Assembly (NCBI GenBank): GCA_963618495.1
Contig: CAVESF010000009.1
Location: 179-64,178 of the forward strand
Origin: Acutalibacteraceae bacterium
GTDB lineage: Bacteria; Bacillota; Clostridia; Oscillospirales; CAG-272
Length of the DNA: 64,000 nucleotides
Direction: 5' to 3'
In this document: positions 63,730 through 64,000 of the stretch, in pieces
How positions within the stretch are numbered: position 1 is the first letter of the stretch
How the letters are laid out: each line of letters starts with the position of its first letter
Made by a program: the position numbers and the translations under genes
Notes under the pieces: model-generated
Databases searched by the model: none
What the model was told of the DNA's origin: nothing
What the model saw: only the letters and a program-made list of their open reading frames with translations

Positions 63730-64000
63730 ATGATGAGCGAACTCAGCATATTCGTTGACGAATCGGGCGATTTCGGCACATACGAGCCTCATGCGCCGTT
63801 CTATTTGTTTACACTCGTATTTCATGACCAGCGCAGCTCAATTGAAGCTCAGATAAAACACTTGGAATATGGACTTGCAGACATCGGTTTTGATGTGAAG
63901 CATTGCTTTCATGCCGGTCCCATCATACGCCGCGAGGAAGATTATCAAAATCTTTCAATCACAGAGCGCAGAAAATGCCTTAACCGTATTCTGACATTCG
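63730..64000 (+). CDS. DUF3800-like protein; 3' end runs off the window
   Basis: MMSELSIFVDESGDFG N-terminus, typical of DUF3800. AAAGGAG RBS. Confidence 0.6.
   Translation, partial: MMSELSIFVDESGDFGTYEPHAPFYLFTLVFHDQRSSIEAQIKHLEYGLADIGFDVKHCFHAGPIIRREEDYQNLSITERRKCLNRILTF

Overview
This 64 kb window looks like chromosomal DNA from a spore-forming Clostridia-type Firmicute. That placement is inferred from gene content (yqfC/yqfD, a YlbJ-like protein, an alpha/beta SASP) and Bacillus-like operon order; no search was run. Most of the window is conserved housekeeping. On the minus strand: folD-fchA, then recO-era-ybeY-phoH-yqfD-yqfC. On the plus strand: mutS2, rhaB-rhaA plus a GH78-like rhamnosidase, and the long yicC-remA-gmk-rpoZ-priA-def-fmt-rsmB-rlmN-PP2C-kinase-rsgA cluster. 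Further right lie tRNA-Thr, birA, the origin-proximal cluster mnmE-jag-yidC-yidD-rnpA-rpmH (without dnaA), a GntR/ABC module, rplJ-rplL with its leader, an orphan peptide-type binding protein, and cysteine desulfurase/DUF3343. There are no rRNA genes, CRISPR arrays, transposases or integrases. Five things stand out. (1) A Dlt/Pat-like surface-acylation cluster: an MBOAT flanked by two LRR-fused SGNH/DltD-like paralogs and a mini membrane protein, followed by XRE, a FadD-like adenylating enzyme and a carrier protein. (2) A near-perfect 245 bp tandem repeat (about 2.8 copies), each copy carrying an intrinsic terminator, between the carrier-protein gene and tRNA-Thr. (3) A modular, hairpin-rich intergenic repeat family at seven or more loci, with compensatory stem changes and a 151 nt module present in opposite orientations. 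(4) An AT-rich two-gene islet encoding a secreted protein and a lipoprotein. (5) Several orphan promoter/terminator units, including a leader shared between that islet and a DUF3800 gene. All protein assignments rest on motif recognition by eye from the supplied translations.
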